Assembly: GCA_963741955.1 (NCBI GenBank)
Contig: CAVUKB010000006.1
Span: forward strand, 96,001 to 160,000
DNA: 64,000 nt
DNA from: an uncultured Acidobacteriota bacterium
GTDB taxonomy: Bacteria; Acidobacteriota; Thermoanaerobaculia; Gp7-AA8
Reading direction: 5' to 3'
The notes below the pieces were generated by a model. It was not told where the DNA came from, ran no database searches, and saw only the letters and a program-made list of their open reading frames with translations. Every line of letters starts with the position of its first letter. Position 1 is the first letter of the stretch. The translations under genes were made by a program, and so were the position numbers. This document shows positions 1 to 10,003 of the stretch, piece after piece.

Positions 1-419
1 ACTCCCGCATCTCGAAAATTCGGAGAGAGGATGTTCTCCCGGTGCCCCGGGGACTCCATCCACGATTCGACGAGGAGCTCTGCGGTCTCGTAACCGCGCG
101 CGAGATTCTCGCCGGCGTAGTGATAGCGATAACCCCGCTTCTCGATCCATCCGAACGGAGGGCGCCCGTCAGGCGAGACGTGGCTCCAGTAGCCGAGGTC
201 CTCCATGTCCTGGATCCGGTCCGCGGCCGCTTCGTCCAGTCGAGGATCTTCGCGCAGCGGCTCGAGCCCGAAGTGGCCTCGATACGCGTTCATCAGCTCG
301 ATCACTCGCGCGGGGGTGATCTCCGTCGCCGGCACGACGGGCGGGGGTGCAGCCGAGAGGATTCCCGCCATCACCATCGCGGAGAGAGTCCCGACTGCAG
401 ATCGAACCGAGCGCTTCAC
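1..419 (-). CDS. CAP/SCP domain secreted protein (3' end runs off window; absent from ORF track)
   Basis: Manual translation from GTG 419: signal-like N-terminus, then ELMNAYR...WSHVSPDG...AGENLARGY...SWMESPGHRENILSP, the CAP motifs. Confidence 0.88.
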   Translation of the reverse strand, partial: MKRSVRSAVGTLSAMVMAGILSAAPPPVVPATEITPARVIELMNAYRGHFGLEPLREDPRLDEAAADRIQDMEDLGYWSHVSPDGRPPFGWIEKRGYRYHYAGENLARGYETAELLVESWMESPGHRENILSPNFRDAG

Positions 420-600
420 AATCGTTGAAAACGCCCGTGCGCGCTCGTCGATTTCGCCCCTCCGCAGGCGGCGGCAGATCGGAAGATCGCTGCCGGAACG
501 TCGAGCGTTCGTCAAAAATGGCAATCCCCCCTCCGCCCACCCGGATTATTCACGGGATTTCGTCGCATAATCCGTTCTAGGAGTATGATTCTAAGTCGCC

Positions 601-1767
601 ATGCGTCACCAGTGTCTCATGTGCGGCCGCGAGATCCCGGACGGGTTTCTCTGCGATAAATGCGACCGGCCGCGAAAGAGTGAACCGCCACGACCGGCGA
701 AGGCCGCATCTGCGGAATCCGGCGGCGGCAAAACCGTACCTGCCCCCCAGCCGGAGCACGATCCCTTTCCGAAAGCGCCGGTGGTTCCGTTCCCGGTCGA
801 ATCGACGTCGATCGCGGTCACCAGTATCTGCGACGTCCTCTCCACCGCCCACATCGCCGGAGCGGTGGTCGGCGCGGATCGCCAGGTCAAGTTCCTCACC
901 CCGGATGCGTCGACACTTCTCGGATTCCGCAGGAGCGAGCTCCCGCCACTGAAGAACCTCGAGGCGAAGCTCGGGTTCAAGCTCCCCGACATCCGGCAGT
1001 CGTATTCGGCACGGATCAAAGTCGCCCACCAGCCGGTGGACTTCTCGATCGTCCCGCTCGCAGGGGGCGCCGCCGCATCGGTGCTCATCCTCCGGACCGT
1101 CGACGCTGCTCCGAGCCCCTCGTTCGAGAATTACGTGAGCGAAACGATCATGCAGCCTCTCCGCTCACTTCGAGAGGCACTCCTCGCAGCGGCGAAGAAC
1201 CGGGGACGCGATCCGCTCCTCGAGGATTCTGCGTCGACCGTCGACCAGATCCTCTCGTCTCTCGAGCTCACTCCCTCACTCGAAGATACGAAAGGCGCCA
1301 TCCCCGCTGCCGTTCCGGTCCTCGAGATCCTCGGCACGGTCGCCGAGAAGTTCCAGCCAATGGTGAACCTGAAGAACGTCTCGGTCCAGGTGGATGGAAC
1401 GACCGCAGCGACGTTCCAGGCGCACGAGCCGCTCGAGGAGTCGCTCACCATTCTGATGGAGAACTCTCTTCACTACGTCCCGGCCGGCGGCCAGATCGTT
1501 CTCGGCGCGCGGCAGCTCGAGCACAAGGGAAAGGCTCTCCTCCTCTTCTTCGTCATGGACAACGGCCCGATCGTTCCCGAAGAGCTCCGCGACCAGATCT
1601 TCTCCCCCGATTTCGAATGGCAGCCGAGCGCCGGGCCGCGAACCGGCCGCGGTCTCGCGAAGTGCCGTCACTTCGCGCTCGCGCACGGCGGTCAGGTCTG
1701 GGTCGAATCGAAGACGGGGAAGGCCTGCACATTCTTCCTCCGCGTCCGCCCCGACAACGCACGCTGA
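601..1767 (+). CDS. Histidine-kinase-like ATPase (HATPase_c) with N-terminal Zn ribbon
   Basis: CxxC...CxxC at N-terminus; N box LMENSLHY, G1 VMDNGP, F box IFSP, G2 GRGLA, HGGQVWVES; H box degenerate. Confidence 0.8.
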   Translation: MRHQCLMCGREIPDGFLCDKCDRPRKSEPPRPAKAASAESGGGKTVPAPQPEHDPFPKAPVVPFPVESTSIAVTSICDVLSTAHIAGAVVGADRQVKFLTPDASTLLGFRRSELPPLKNLEAKLGFKLPDIRQSYSARIKVAHQPVDFSIVPLAGGAAASVLILRTVDAAPSPSFENYVSETIMQPLRSLREALLAAAKNRGRDPLLEDSASTVDQILSSLELTPSLEDTKGAIPAAVPVLEILGTVAEKFQPMVNLKNVSVQVDGTTAATFQAHEPLEESLTILMENSLHYVPAGGQIVLGARQLEHKGKALLLFFVMDNGPIVPEELRDQIFSPDFEWQPSAGPRTGRGLAKCRHFALAHGGQVWVESKTGKACTFFLRVRPDNAR

Positions 1768-1894
1768 ACCCCGCCGTCGTCGCACCCTCGCGTTCCGCAC
1801 GGTCGTTCGCGATGTAATCTTCCATCCCGGTTCAACCTGCATTCGTTTTTCCTTCCTGATATGCTCCGCGGAAATCCTCCAGGAGTTTGCAGAA

Positions 1895-2737
1895 ATGGAA
1901 AAGATTGCAGTCATCGGAGCCGGAACGATGGGCAACGGTATCGCCCACACCGCTGCCATGTCGGGTTTCCCCGTCACCCTCATCGATACCAGTCACGACA
2001 TTCTCGAACGCGCCTTCGCGACGATCTCGAAGAACCTTCAGCGCGGAGTGGACAAAGGAAAGATGACCGCCGAGGAGAAGGAGCAGATCCTCGGGCGGAT
2101 CGATCGCAGCATCACCGTCGATCAGGTGCGCGAGGCCGACGTCGTCGTCGAAGCGATCGTCGAGAATCTCGATGCGAAGCTCAACCTCTTCCGCGATCTC
2201 GACAAGCTCACTGCTCCCGAGACGATTCTCGCGTCGAACACCTCTTCGATCTCGATCACCAAGCTCGCTGCGGTGACCGATCGTCCGGAGAAGGTGATCG
2301 GGATGCACTTCATGAATCCCGTTCCGGTGATGACGCTCATCGAGGTGATCCGCGGAATCGCGACGTCGGACGAGACGTTCGCCAGAGTTCGCGCTCTCTC
2401 CGAGAAAATGAACAAGACCGCGATCGAGGTCAACGATTATCCGGGATTCGTTTCGAACCGCGTGCTCATGCCGATGATCAACGAAGCGATCTTCGCGCTT
2501 TACGAAGGAGTGGCGACCGCCGAGTCGATCGACGGAGTGATGAAGCTCGGGATGAATCATCCGATGGGTCCGCTCACTCTCGCCGACTTCATCGGACTCG
2601 ACGTCTGCCTCGCGATTCTTCGTGTGCTGGAGAACGGATTCGGGGATCCGAAGTACCGCCCCTGTCCGCTGCTGGTGAAGATGGTGGACGCGGGCTGGCT
2701 CGGGCGAAAGAGCGGCCGCGGCTTCTATCAGTATTGA
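1895..2737 (+). CDS. hbd: 3-hydroxybutyryl-CoA dehydrogenase
   Basis: VIGAGTMGNGIA Rossmann motif, SNTSS, GMHFMNPVP, NHPMGPL, GRKSGRGFY. Confidence 0.93.
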   Translation: MEKIAVIGAGTMGNGIAHTAAMSGFPVTLIDTSHDILERAFATISKNLQRGVDKGKMTAEEKEQILGRIDRSITVDQVREADVVVEAIVENLDAKLNLFRDLDKLTAPETILASNTSSISITKLAAVTDRPEKVIGMHFMNPVPVMTLIEVIRGIATSDETFARVRALSEKMNKTAIEVNDYPGFVSNRVLMPMINEAIFALYEGVATAESIDGVMKLGMNHPMGPLTLADFIGLDVCLAILRVLENGFGDPKYRPCPLLVKMVDAGWLGRKSGRGFYQY

Positions 2738-2834
2738 CGCAGGATCAGGGAATTCCGGTCGGCACCGCACGCCGCCGGGGTGAAACAGATTCGGCGGGTG
2801 CGGTGTTGTCCAGTACGCAGGAAGTCTCGAAAAT

Positions 2835-4700
2835 ATGCTCTGTCAGTCTTGTGGTGCGTACAACGACGACGATAGAGAGTATTGCTATCGCTGTCAGAAC
2901 AAGCTCCTCGTCCTCTCCGGCTATTACGCCGACGACGAGATGCTCGAGGAGTACGACGACGATCCGGAAGTCCCTCTGGACGAACATCTGCTCGAGCGGA
3001 TCTCCGCTCTCGAGGAGATCGTCAAGCGGACGGCCGACACCACGAAGCTCGCACTCGAATCGATCTACAAGCACGAGCGCGCGATCTTCATCAACCAGAC
3101 CGGCCTCCTCGCCCTCAAGGAGATCCTGGAAAAGAAATCTCTCGTGGCGAGTGAAGAGCTCGTCGAGCTGTGGGAATCGAAGATGGGCGAGCAGATGCTC
3201 GCACTGGAAAAGAAAGAGCGATTCGCGGATCGAAAGGACCGCATCCTCTCGCTGTTCCACGGCGACCGGAGAGACCGCTTCGCGGTTCTGATCGCGGAAG
3301 CAGAATCGGCCATCGACGCTTTCGACCAGGAGCGCGGAATGCGTGCCCTCGAGGACGCGTGGAAGCTCGACCGCGACAACTACGAGCTCAGCTTCTTCCT
3401 CGGCGAGACGCACTTCAACGACGGAAATCTCGAGCGCGCTCAGTCCTACCTCGAGCGTACACTCGAAGTGCAGCCTGAATACTTCGACGCCGCGGTCTTC
3501 TACGGCGTCCTCCTTCACGAGCTTCAGGATCTCGACGGAGCGGAGCGGTGGCTCCGGCGTGCGATCCAGATCTCCCAGGAATCATTTCTTCCCTACTTCT
3601 CGCTCGGCGCGATCTACGGTCTTCAGGGAAAGCTCCTCCGCGCGCAGAAGTTCCTCCAGAAGGCGATCGAGATCGAGCCGATCCCGCAGGCTCACTACCT
3701 TCTCGGCACGATCTTCTACGAGAAGGGACAGCTCGACCGTGCGATCCGTTCGTTCCAGAGCGCGCTGAAGCTCGATCCCGATTACGAAGAAGCGATCTAC
3801 TACCTCGGTCTCTGTTTTCTCGACCGCAACTGGAACCGGAAGGCGATGGTCTGCTTCCAGGAGGCGCTCGAGCTGAACCCGAACAAGATGGAGTACCAGC
3901 AGGCCGTCCGCCTCTTCGACGACCCGCAGGATGGGAAGCACCGCCTCCCGGAAGGACCGGCGGCGCAGGAGTTCTCGAATGCGGAGAGCTTCGTCAACAG
4001 TGGGAAGTACAAGGAAGCGCTCAAGCACTACCGGAAGGCCTCGCAGCTCGAGCCGAACAATCTGAGCGTCCTCAGCTCCTACGCGCTCCTCTGCTCGCAT
4101 CTCGACATGAACAAGGAAGCGATCGCCGTGGCTCGGAAGATCCTCAAGCAGAAGCCGCCCGAGGTGGTCGCCGCAGCTGCGTACACGACGCTGGTCGAAG
4201 CGTTGCGTGCCGAAGGGAACTACAAGGAAGGGAACGTCCTTCTCGAGGAGATGCTCGAAGGGTATCCGTCGAACTATGCCCGATCGATCGCCTATTACGA
4301 GAAGGCGTACAACCTCGCGGAGATGGGAGAGAATCTCGACGAAGCTCTCGAGAGCGCGCAGCTCGCGCTGAAGCTCTCCCCGAAGGAGCTCAAGCAGTTT
4401 CCTCTCGCCGCGCTCGGATGGGTCTACTTCAAGCGGCGCGAATACGAGAACGCGGTCGACTTTCTGCGCAAGTCCGCGGACCTCGGGCCGACCGCGACGA
4501 ACCTGATGCATCTCGGGATGGCGCTGCTCGAGTCGGGCGAGAAGGACGAAGCGCGCCAGGTCTTCCGCAAGGCGAAGCAGTTCAAGGCGACCGGCGCCGG
4601 CCTGGAGGAGAAGATCCTCGAGCAGCTGCGCACCGCGACGAAGCTCCTCGACCGGATCCAGTCGCGCAGACGCCGCGCTCCCGCCCGCGCAAAGCAGTAA
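2835..4700 (+). CDS. TPR repeat protein with N-terminal Zn ribbon
   Basis: CQSC...CYRC N-terminus, many TPR helices (AHYLLGTIFYEKG, AIYYLGLCF, ALGWVYFK). Confidence 0.88.
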   Translation: MLCQSCGAYNDDDREYCYRCQNKLLVLSGYYADDEMLEEYDDDPEVPLDEHLLERISALEEIVKRTADTTKLALESIYKHERAIFINQTGLLALKEILEKKSLVASEELVELWESKMGEQMLALEKKERFADRKDRILSLFHGDRRDRFAVLIAEAESAIDAFDQERGMRALEDAWKLDRDNYELSFFLGETHFNDGNLERAQSYLERTLEVQPEYFDAAVFYGVLLHELQDLDGAERWLRRAIQISQESFLPYFSLGAIYGLQGKLLRAQKFLQKAIEIEPIPQAHYLLGTIFYEKGQLDRAIRSFQSALKLDPDYEEAIYYLGLCFLDRNWNRKAMVCFQEALELNPNKMEYQQAVRLFDDPQDGKHRLPEGPAAQEFSNAESFVNSGKYKEALKHYRKASQLEPNNLSVLSSYALLCSHLDMNKEAIAVARKILKQKPPEVVAAAAYTTLVEALRAEGNYKEGNVLLEEMLEGYPSNYARSIAYYEKAYNLAEMGENLDEALESAQLALKLSPKELKQFPLAALGWVYFKRREYENAVDFLRKSADLGPTATNLMHLGMALLESGEKDEARQVFRKAKQFKATGAGLEEKILEQLRTATKLLDRIQSRRRRAPARAKQ

Positions 4701-4796
4701 GACTCCGAGTCAGAAGCGTCGCAGCCCCGCAGCAGGCCCGCCATCCGCCTCCGCACAGCGACGGTCCGAGCGATCCGCGTTAGACTGTTCCGCGTC

Positions 4797-7100
4797 ATGA
4801 AGCGTCTTCGCACTTCTCTCTTCGCCCTCTCTTTCGTCCTTCTCGCCTCGGCGTGCGCCACCGTCCAACCGAAGCCGCAGCCGGCCCCTCGATACGCGCC
4901 GGACCGCCTCGCCATCATCGACGCGACCGTCCAGCGCGCCATGGCCGACCACCGCATCATCGGCGGGATCTTTCATCTCGAGCACGAGGGTCAGGTCTAC
5001 GAAAAGGTCTACGGACTGAAGGCTGTGGTTCCGGAGCCAGAACCGCTCACCCGCGACACCATCTACGACATGGCTTCGCTGACCAAGGTGATGGCCACCA
5101 CCCCGTCGATCATGATCCTCTACGATCAGGGGCGCATCGATCTCGACGCCCCGGTCTTCCGCTACATCCCCGAGTTCCGCCACGAAGGACGGGACAAGAT
5201 CACCGTCCGCCAGCTCCTCACCCACACCTCCGGACTCCGACCCGACCTCACTCTCACCGACTGGTGGAGCGGCTATCAGACCGGAATCGCACTCGCAGTG
5301 AAGGAAGTGCCGACCCAGGCTCCCGGAACGAAGTTCGTCTACAGTGACATCAACTTCGAGCTGCTCGGCGAGATCGTCGCCCGCGTCTCCGGCGTTCCCC
5401 TCAACGATTTCGCAGCAAAGATGATCTACGAGCCGCTCGGCATGACCGACACGGGCTTCCTTCCTCGCGCCTCGAAGCGGAACCGCATCGCCCCGACCCA
5501 GTACGACGAGCGCGGCAAAATGCTCCTCGGCGTCGTGCACGATCCGACCTCCCGGCGCATGGGCGGGATCGCCGGTCACGCAGGACTCTTCACCACTGCG
5601 GACGATCTCGCGAAGTACGCGCGCATGTTCCTCGGCTACGGAGAGCTCAACGGCGTCCGGATCCTCCAGCCGCAGACCGTACGGCTGATGACCAGCATCC
5701 AGACCCCTCCGGGGATGACGACCGAACGCGGTCTCGGATGGGACATCAACACGTCGTTCAGCCGTCCGCGCGGCGGATTCCCTACGGGCTCGTACGGCCA
5801 CACCGGCTGGACCGGTCCCATGCTCTGGATCGATCCGAGCTCGCACTCCTTCTACTTCTTTCTCACCAACCGCGTGCACCCGAATGGCGAAGGGAGCGTG
5901 ATCCAGCTCCAGCGATCGCTCGGCCGGCTCGCCTCCGAGGCCATTCCGAGGTACGACTACGGACACCCGCCGCAGGACGCCGTGTTGAACGGGATCGACG
6001 TTCTCATCGAAGAGAACTGCGCGCCGCTGGAGGGGAAGCGGATCGGCCTGATCACGAATCAGACCGGTGTCGACCGCTCCGGCGTCTCGACCATCGACCG
6101 CCTCCACTTCGCAACGAAGGTTCGACTCGTCTCGCTCTTCACGCCGGAGCACGGGATCCGCGGCGCGGCGGACGAGAGCGTCCCCGACAGCGTCGACACG
6201 ATCTCCGGACTTCCGGTCTACAGCCTCTACGGCGAGAGGAAGAAACCGACCGCGGACGAGGTGAAGGGGCTCGACGCGCTGGTCTACGACATTCAGGACG
6301 TCGGGACGCGCTTCTACACGTACACCTCGACCATGGGGCTGGCGATGGAAGCGGCGCATGACGCCGGGATTCCATTCATCGTGCTCGACCGCATCGATCC
6401 GATCGATGGAGTGGACGTCGAGGGTCCGGTGACCGTGGATCAGAAAAGTTTCACGGCGTTCCACGACGTCGCGACGCGTTACGGAATGACCATCGGCGAG
6501 CTGGCGAAGATGTTCAACCAGGAGCGGAGCGTCGGCGCGAATCTGGAGATCGTCCCGCTGCGCAACTGGAAGCGGACCATGTGGCAGGACGACGCGGGGA
6601 TTCCCTGGATCAACCCATCGCCGAACATGCGGAACCTCACCGAAGCGACGCTGTATCCGGGAATCGGCCTGCTGGAGACGACGAATCTGTCCGTCGGTCG
6701 CGGAACGGAGGCACCCTTCGAACGGATCGGCGCGCCGTGGATCGATTCGGCGAAACTCGCGGCGCAGTTGAAGATTCTCTCACCTGCATGCATCGGTTGG
6801 ACTCCGCTCGACTTCACGCCGAAAACGAGCGTCTTCGGCGGAGAGCTCGTGCATGGGGAGAAGATCTCCGTCGTCTCGCGCGACGGCTGCAACACCGTCG
6901 ACGGAGGGATCGCGCTCGCACTCTCGCTGCAGAAGCTCTTCCCCGACGCTTTCCAGCTCGAGAAGATGCACCACCTCCTGCAGGATCAGTCGACGATCGA
7001 CGCCATCCGCGAAGGAAAGTCGCTCGAGGAGATCCATGCGATGTGGAAGCCGGAGCAGGAGAAGTTTCTCGCGAGACGGTCAAAGTACCTGATGTACTGA
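4797..7100 (+). CDS. Lipoprotein fusion: beta-lactamase-like serine hydrolase + NamZ/DUF1343 exo-beta-N-acetylmuramidase
   Basis: LASAC lipobox; SLTK (SxxK), LLTHTSG, YSD, GHTGW; then GLITNQTG, FTPEHG, DIQDVGTRFYTY, PSPNM. Confidence 0.88.
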   Translation: MKRLRTSLFALSFVLLASACATVQPKPQPAPRYAPDRLAIIDATVQRAMADHRIIGGIFHLEHEGQVYEKVYGLKAVVPEPEPLTRDTIYDMASLTKVMATTPSIMILYDQGRIDLDAPVFRYIPEFRHEGRDKITVRQLLTHTSGLRPDLTLTDWWSGYQTGIALAVKEVPTQAPGTKFVYSDINFELLGEIVARVSGVPLNDFAAKMIYEPLGMTDTGFLPRASKRNRIAPTQYDERGKMLLGVVHDPTSRRMGGIAGHAGLFTTADDLAKYARMFLGYGELNGVRILQPQTVRLMTSIQTPPGMTTERGLGWDINTSFSRPRGGFPTGSYGHTGWTGPMLWIDPSSHSFYFFLTNRVHPNGEGSVIQLQRSLGRLASEAIPRYDYGHPPQDAVLNGIDVLIEENCAPLEGKRIGLITNQTGVDRSGVSTIDRLHFATKVRLVSLFTPEHGIRGAADESVPDSVDTISGLPVYSLYGERKKPTADEVKGLDALVYDIQDVGTRFYTYTSTMGLAMEAAHDAGIPFIVLDRIDPIDGVDVEGPVTVDQKSFTAFHDVATRYGMTIGELAKMFNQERSVGANLEIVPLRNWKRTMWQDDAGIPWINPSPNMRNLTEATLYPGIGLLETTNLSVGRGTEAPFERIGAPWIDSAKLAAQLKILSPACIGWTPLDFTPKTSVFGGELVHGEKISVVSRDGCNTVDGGIALALSLQKLFPDAFQLEKMHHLLQDQSTIDAIREGKSLEEIHAMWKPEQEKFLARRSKYLMY

Positions 7101-7120
7101 CTGCGGATTTCGGATTCGAT

Positions 7121-7481
7121 CCACCGAGGAACGCCGGCTTCAAGCCGGCCGCGTGTAGGCCTCCGTGCCTGCACGTGACGAGCTCGCGACGGAGTTCGAC
7201 TCTCGCATTCCTGTTCACAAGAAGAGCGTCGAGCGCGGGGCGCTCGCCACGAGCCGGCAGGGATGCCGGCGCCCCACGGCTGTCGGCGATTCGGCATTGT
7301 GAGGCTTCCACCGAGGAGCGCCGGCTTCGAGCCGGCCGCGTGCAGGCCTCCGCGCCTGCACGCGACGAGCTCGCGACGGAGTTCGACTCTCGCGTTCCTG
7401 TTCACAAGAAGAGTGTCGAGCGCGGGGCGCTCGACACGAGCCGGCAGGGATGCCGGCGCCCCACGGCTGTCGGCGATTCGG
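7121..7481. repeat. Two tandem ~187-bp REPIN-like units (GCCGGC-N5/6-GCCGGC hairpins at both ends)
   Basis: Near-identical copies start at 7121 and 7308, between convergent genes. Confidence 0.85.
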
Positions 7482-7555
7482 TTGCTGTCGCGGAGAACTT
7501 CGGACTCTCAAATCCGAAATCCGAAATTCGCAAATCCGAAATGGGCGGGCGAGGG

Positions 7556-8002
7556 CTACCGGTACTCCGCCGGGATCTTCCGCTCCGCAGTCTCGTCGTT
7601 CCAGGCGATGGAGACGACGCGCCACTGGTTCTGGAATCGGATCATCTGGATGCTGTTGATCCCGACCACGTCGGGAGCGGGCGAGGAAGGATCGAACCGC
7701 GCCTCGTATGTGCTGAAGCGATGCGCGATATTGCCGAACAGATCGGTACGGCTGGCCTGTTCGCGCTCCTGGAACGAGCGGAGTCCACCCTTCTCGATCT
7801 GGAATCGGACCAGTTGACTGAAGCTCGCGACGGTCAGGAACAGCGGCTCTTCCGCGCTGTAGTTGATCATCAGGCCGGGAGGCACGAAGTAAGTGGGAAG
7901 AAGCTCGAGCTCCGGAGCCGCGCCGTCGGTGAAGCTGATCGATCCGTAGAGTCCACTGACGAGGCGGTCGATGGTTGCGAGGTCCTGTTCTCTTTGATCC
8001 AC
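7556..8002 (-). CDS. Hypothetical protein, NTF2-like fold
   Basis: GTG 8002 with AAGGAG RBS; FGNIAHRFSTYE, GINSIQM...WRVVSIAW pattern. Confidence 0.7.
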   Translation of the reverse strand: MDQREQDLATIDRLVSGLYGSISFTDGAAPELELLPTYFVPPGLMINYSAEEPLFLTVASFSQLVRFQIEKGGLRSFQEREQASRTDLFGNIAHRFSTYEARFDPSSPAPDVVGINSIQMIRFQNQWRVVSIAWNDETAERKIPAEYR

Positions 8003-8276
8003 GATGCTCCTTCCTGCACGTGTCGCGCCGTCACGCGAGATCAGCGGCGCTCGCACCAGCCCGGATTCTCGCACCGTCTCGTCGCGACAAGGCGGAGAGG
8101 GGCCCGAATGGAGGGCGCGCTCAGTGGCGACCCCGCTGTCTCTCCCCTGGCAACAGAAACGGCGTGAGGACGAGGTGATCGTGCCGATCGACCGTCGCAC
8201 ATCTCTCCTTGATCGATCATACCCGCAAACCGCCGGCGCGGATGCTGGTAAGCTGTCGTAGCAGGAAAGCAAAGCG

Positions 8277-8885
8277 GTGACGGATCACTCGCGTGAGATG
8301 GACGATGGCGTGATGCTCGAGCGGCTCCGCTCGGGTGACGATGCTGCATTCGAGCTCCTCGTGCGTACGTGGACCGGCCCCTTTCTCCGCGTGGCGCGGC
8401 GCTTCCTGCGCGACGAGGACGAGGCGCGCGACGCCGTCCAGGATGCCTTCATCTCCATCTTCCGCGCGATTCACCGCTTCGAGGGGAGCTCGCGCCTCAG
8501 TACCTGGATGCACCGGATCGTGATCAACGCCGCACTGATGAGACTCCGCTCCCGCTCCCGCCATGAAGAGGAATCCATCGAACCGTGGCTTCCGAAGTAC
8601 CACGAAGACGGTCATCGCATCGGCGCGAATCCGGTGTGGATGGCGACCCCCTCGAACGTCGAAGAGCGACTCGCTCTCGGCGAGCTCGTGAGAGGATCGA
8701 TCGACAAGCTTCCCGAGAGCTACCGCACCGTCCTTCTCCTCCGCGATGTGGAAGAGCTCTCGACCGAAGAGACGAGTCAGATCCTCGGCACCACTCCCGG
8801 TGCGGTCAAGGTCAGGCTCCATCGCGCCCGTCAGGCGTTGCGTTCCCTCCTCGACCCGCATCTGATGGAAAGGGGAACCCGATGA
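8277..8885 (+). CDS. ECF RNA polymerase sigma factor
   Basis: DAVQDAF, STWMHRIVIN region 2; LSTEETSQILG...VKVRLHRAR region 4. Confidence 0.92.
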   Translation: MTDHSREMDDGVMLERLRSGDDAAFELLVRTWTGPFLRVARRFLRDEDEARDAVQDAFISIFRAIHRFEGSSRLSTWMHRIVINAALMRLRSRSRHEEESIEPWLPKYHEDGHRIGANPVWMATPSNVEERLALGELVRGSIDKLPESYRTVLLLRDVEELSTEETSQILGTTPGAVKVRLHRARQALRSLLDPHLMERGTR

Positions 8886-9139
8886 CGGAGACGATCATGC
8901 GCTGTCGCGAGGTGCTCGACTTTCTCTCCGACTATCTGGCGGGCGAGCTTCCGGCGGAGACGCTGGAACGATTCGAGTACCACATGTCGCTCTGCCGCCC
9001 CTGTGTCGACTATCTCGAGACATTCCGCCGCACGATCGAGCTCGAAAAGCTCTCGTTCGACCAGACCGCCGAGGATCCGCGCTTGCAGGAGCCTCCGGAG
9101 GAGCTGGTGCGGGCAGTTCTGGCGGCCCGCGGAGAGTAG
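8882..9139 (+). CDS. zf-HC2 anti-sigma factor (soluble)
   Basis: ATGA overlap with sigma; CREV...LSDYL...HMSLCRPC (HxxxCxxC). Confidence 0.85.
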   Translation: MTETIMRCREVLDFLSDYLAGELPAETLERFEYHMSLCRPCVDYLETFRRTIELEKLSFDQTAEDPRLQEPPEELVRAVLAARGE

Positions 9140-9173
9140 GGTCGCGAGTGGGGAGTCTTCCGAGATATCCGGC

Positions 9174-9945
9174 ACCGCCGAGATCGATCCGCACCCCAGC
9201 GACATCACCGCCGAGGGGCACGGATCCTCTGATCCACCGCGCAAATCTCGGCGCGTGCGCGACCGCAGCCTCACCCGCGTCTCCGGCAGAAGCGGAGCTG
9301 AGCGCAAGAACCACCGACGCTTCGCGTGCAGCCACAGCTTCCCTCTTCATCGCGTCCAACACGATCTTCGCGGCGGATCGGATGATCCGCACCCCATGGA
9401 GACACGCCGCCGAGATTGATCCGCACCTCAGCGACATCACCGCCGAGGGGCGCGGATCCTCTGATCCGCCGCGCAAATCACGGCGCGTGCGCGACCGCAG
9501 CCTCACCCGCGTCCCCTGGCAGAAGCGGAGCTGAGCGCAAGAACCACCCACGCTTCGCGTCCAGCCACTTCCCTCTTCACGCGTACAACACGATCTTCGC
9601 GGGCGGATCCCGCAGGGCGGGATCCGCACCCCATGGAGACACGCCGCCGAGATCGATCCGCACCTCAGCGACATCACCGCCGAGGGGCACGGATCCTCTG
9701 ATCCGCCGCGCAAATCTCGGCGCGTGCGCGACCGCAGCCTCACCCGCGTCTCCGGCAGAAGCGGAGCTGAGCGCAAGAACCACCGACGCTTCGCGTGCAG
9801 CCACAGCTTCCCTCTCCATCGCGTCCAACACGATCTTCGCGGCGGATCGGATGATCCGCACCCCATGGAGACACGCCGCCGAGATTGATCCGCACCTCAG
9901 CGACATCGCCGCCGTGGGGCGCGGACCCTCTGATCCGCCGGCAGA
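9174..9945. repeat. Tandem array of ~3.3 hairpin-ended units, period 232/237/232 bp
   Basis: GATCCGCACC at 9186, 9418, 9655, 9887; GCGGATC-N4-GATCCGC hairpins. Confidence 0.92.
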
Positions 9946-10003
9946 AGCGGAGCCTGGTCCGACCGGGACAGTCGAGCCTCTGACGCTACGACACCTGCGC
10001 GGA

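Noticed and set aside
4710-6464. Long antisense or alternate-frame ORFs (also 11108-12505, 18550-20454, 38493-39914, 44257-45822, 62782-63999)
   Set aside because: Shadows of well-supported genes in high-GC DNA
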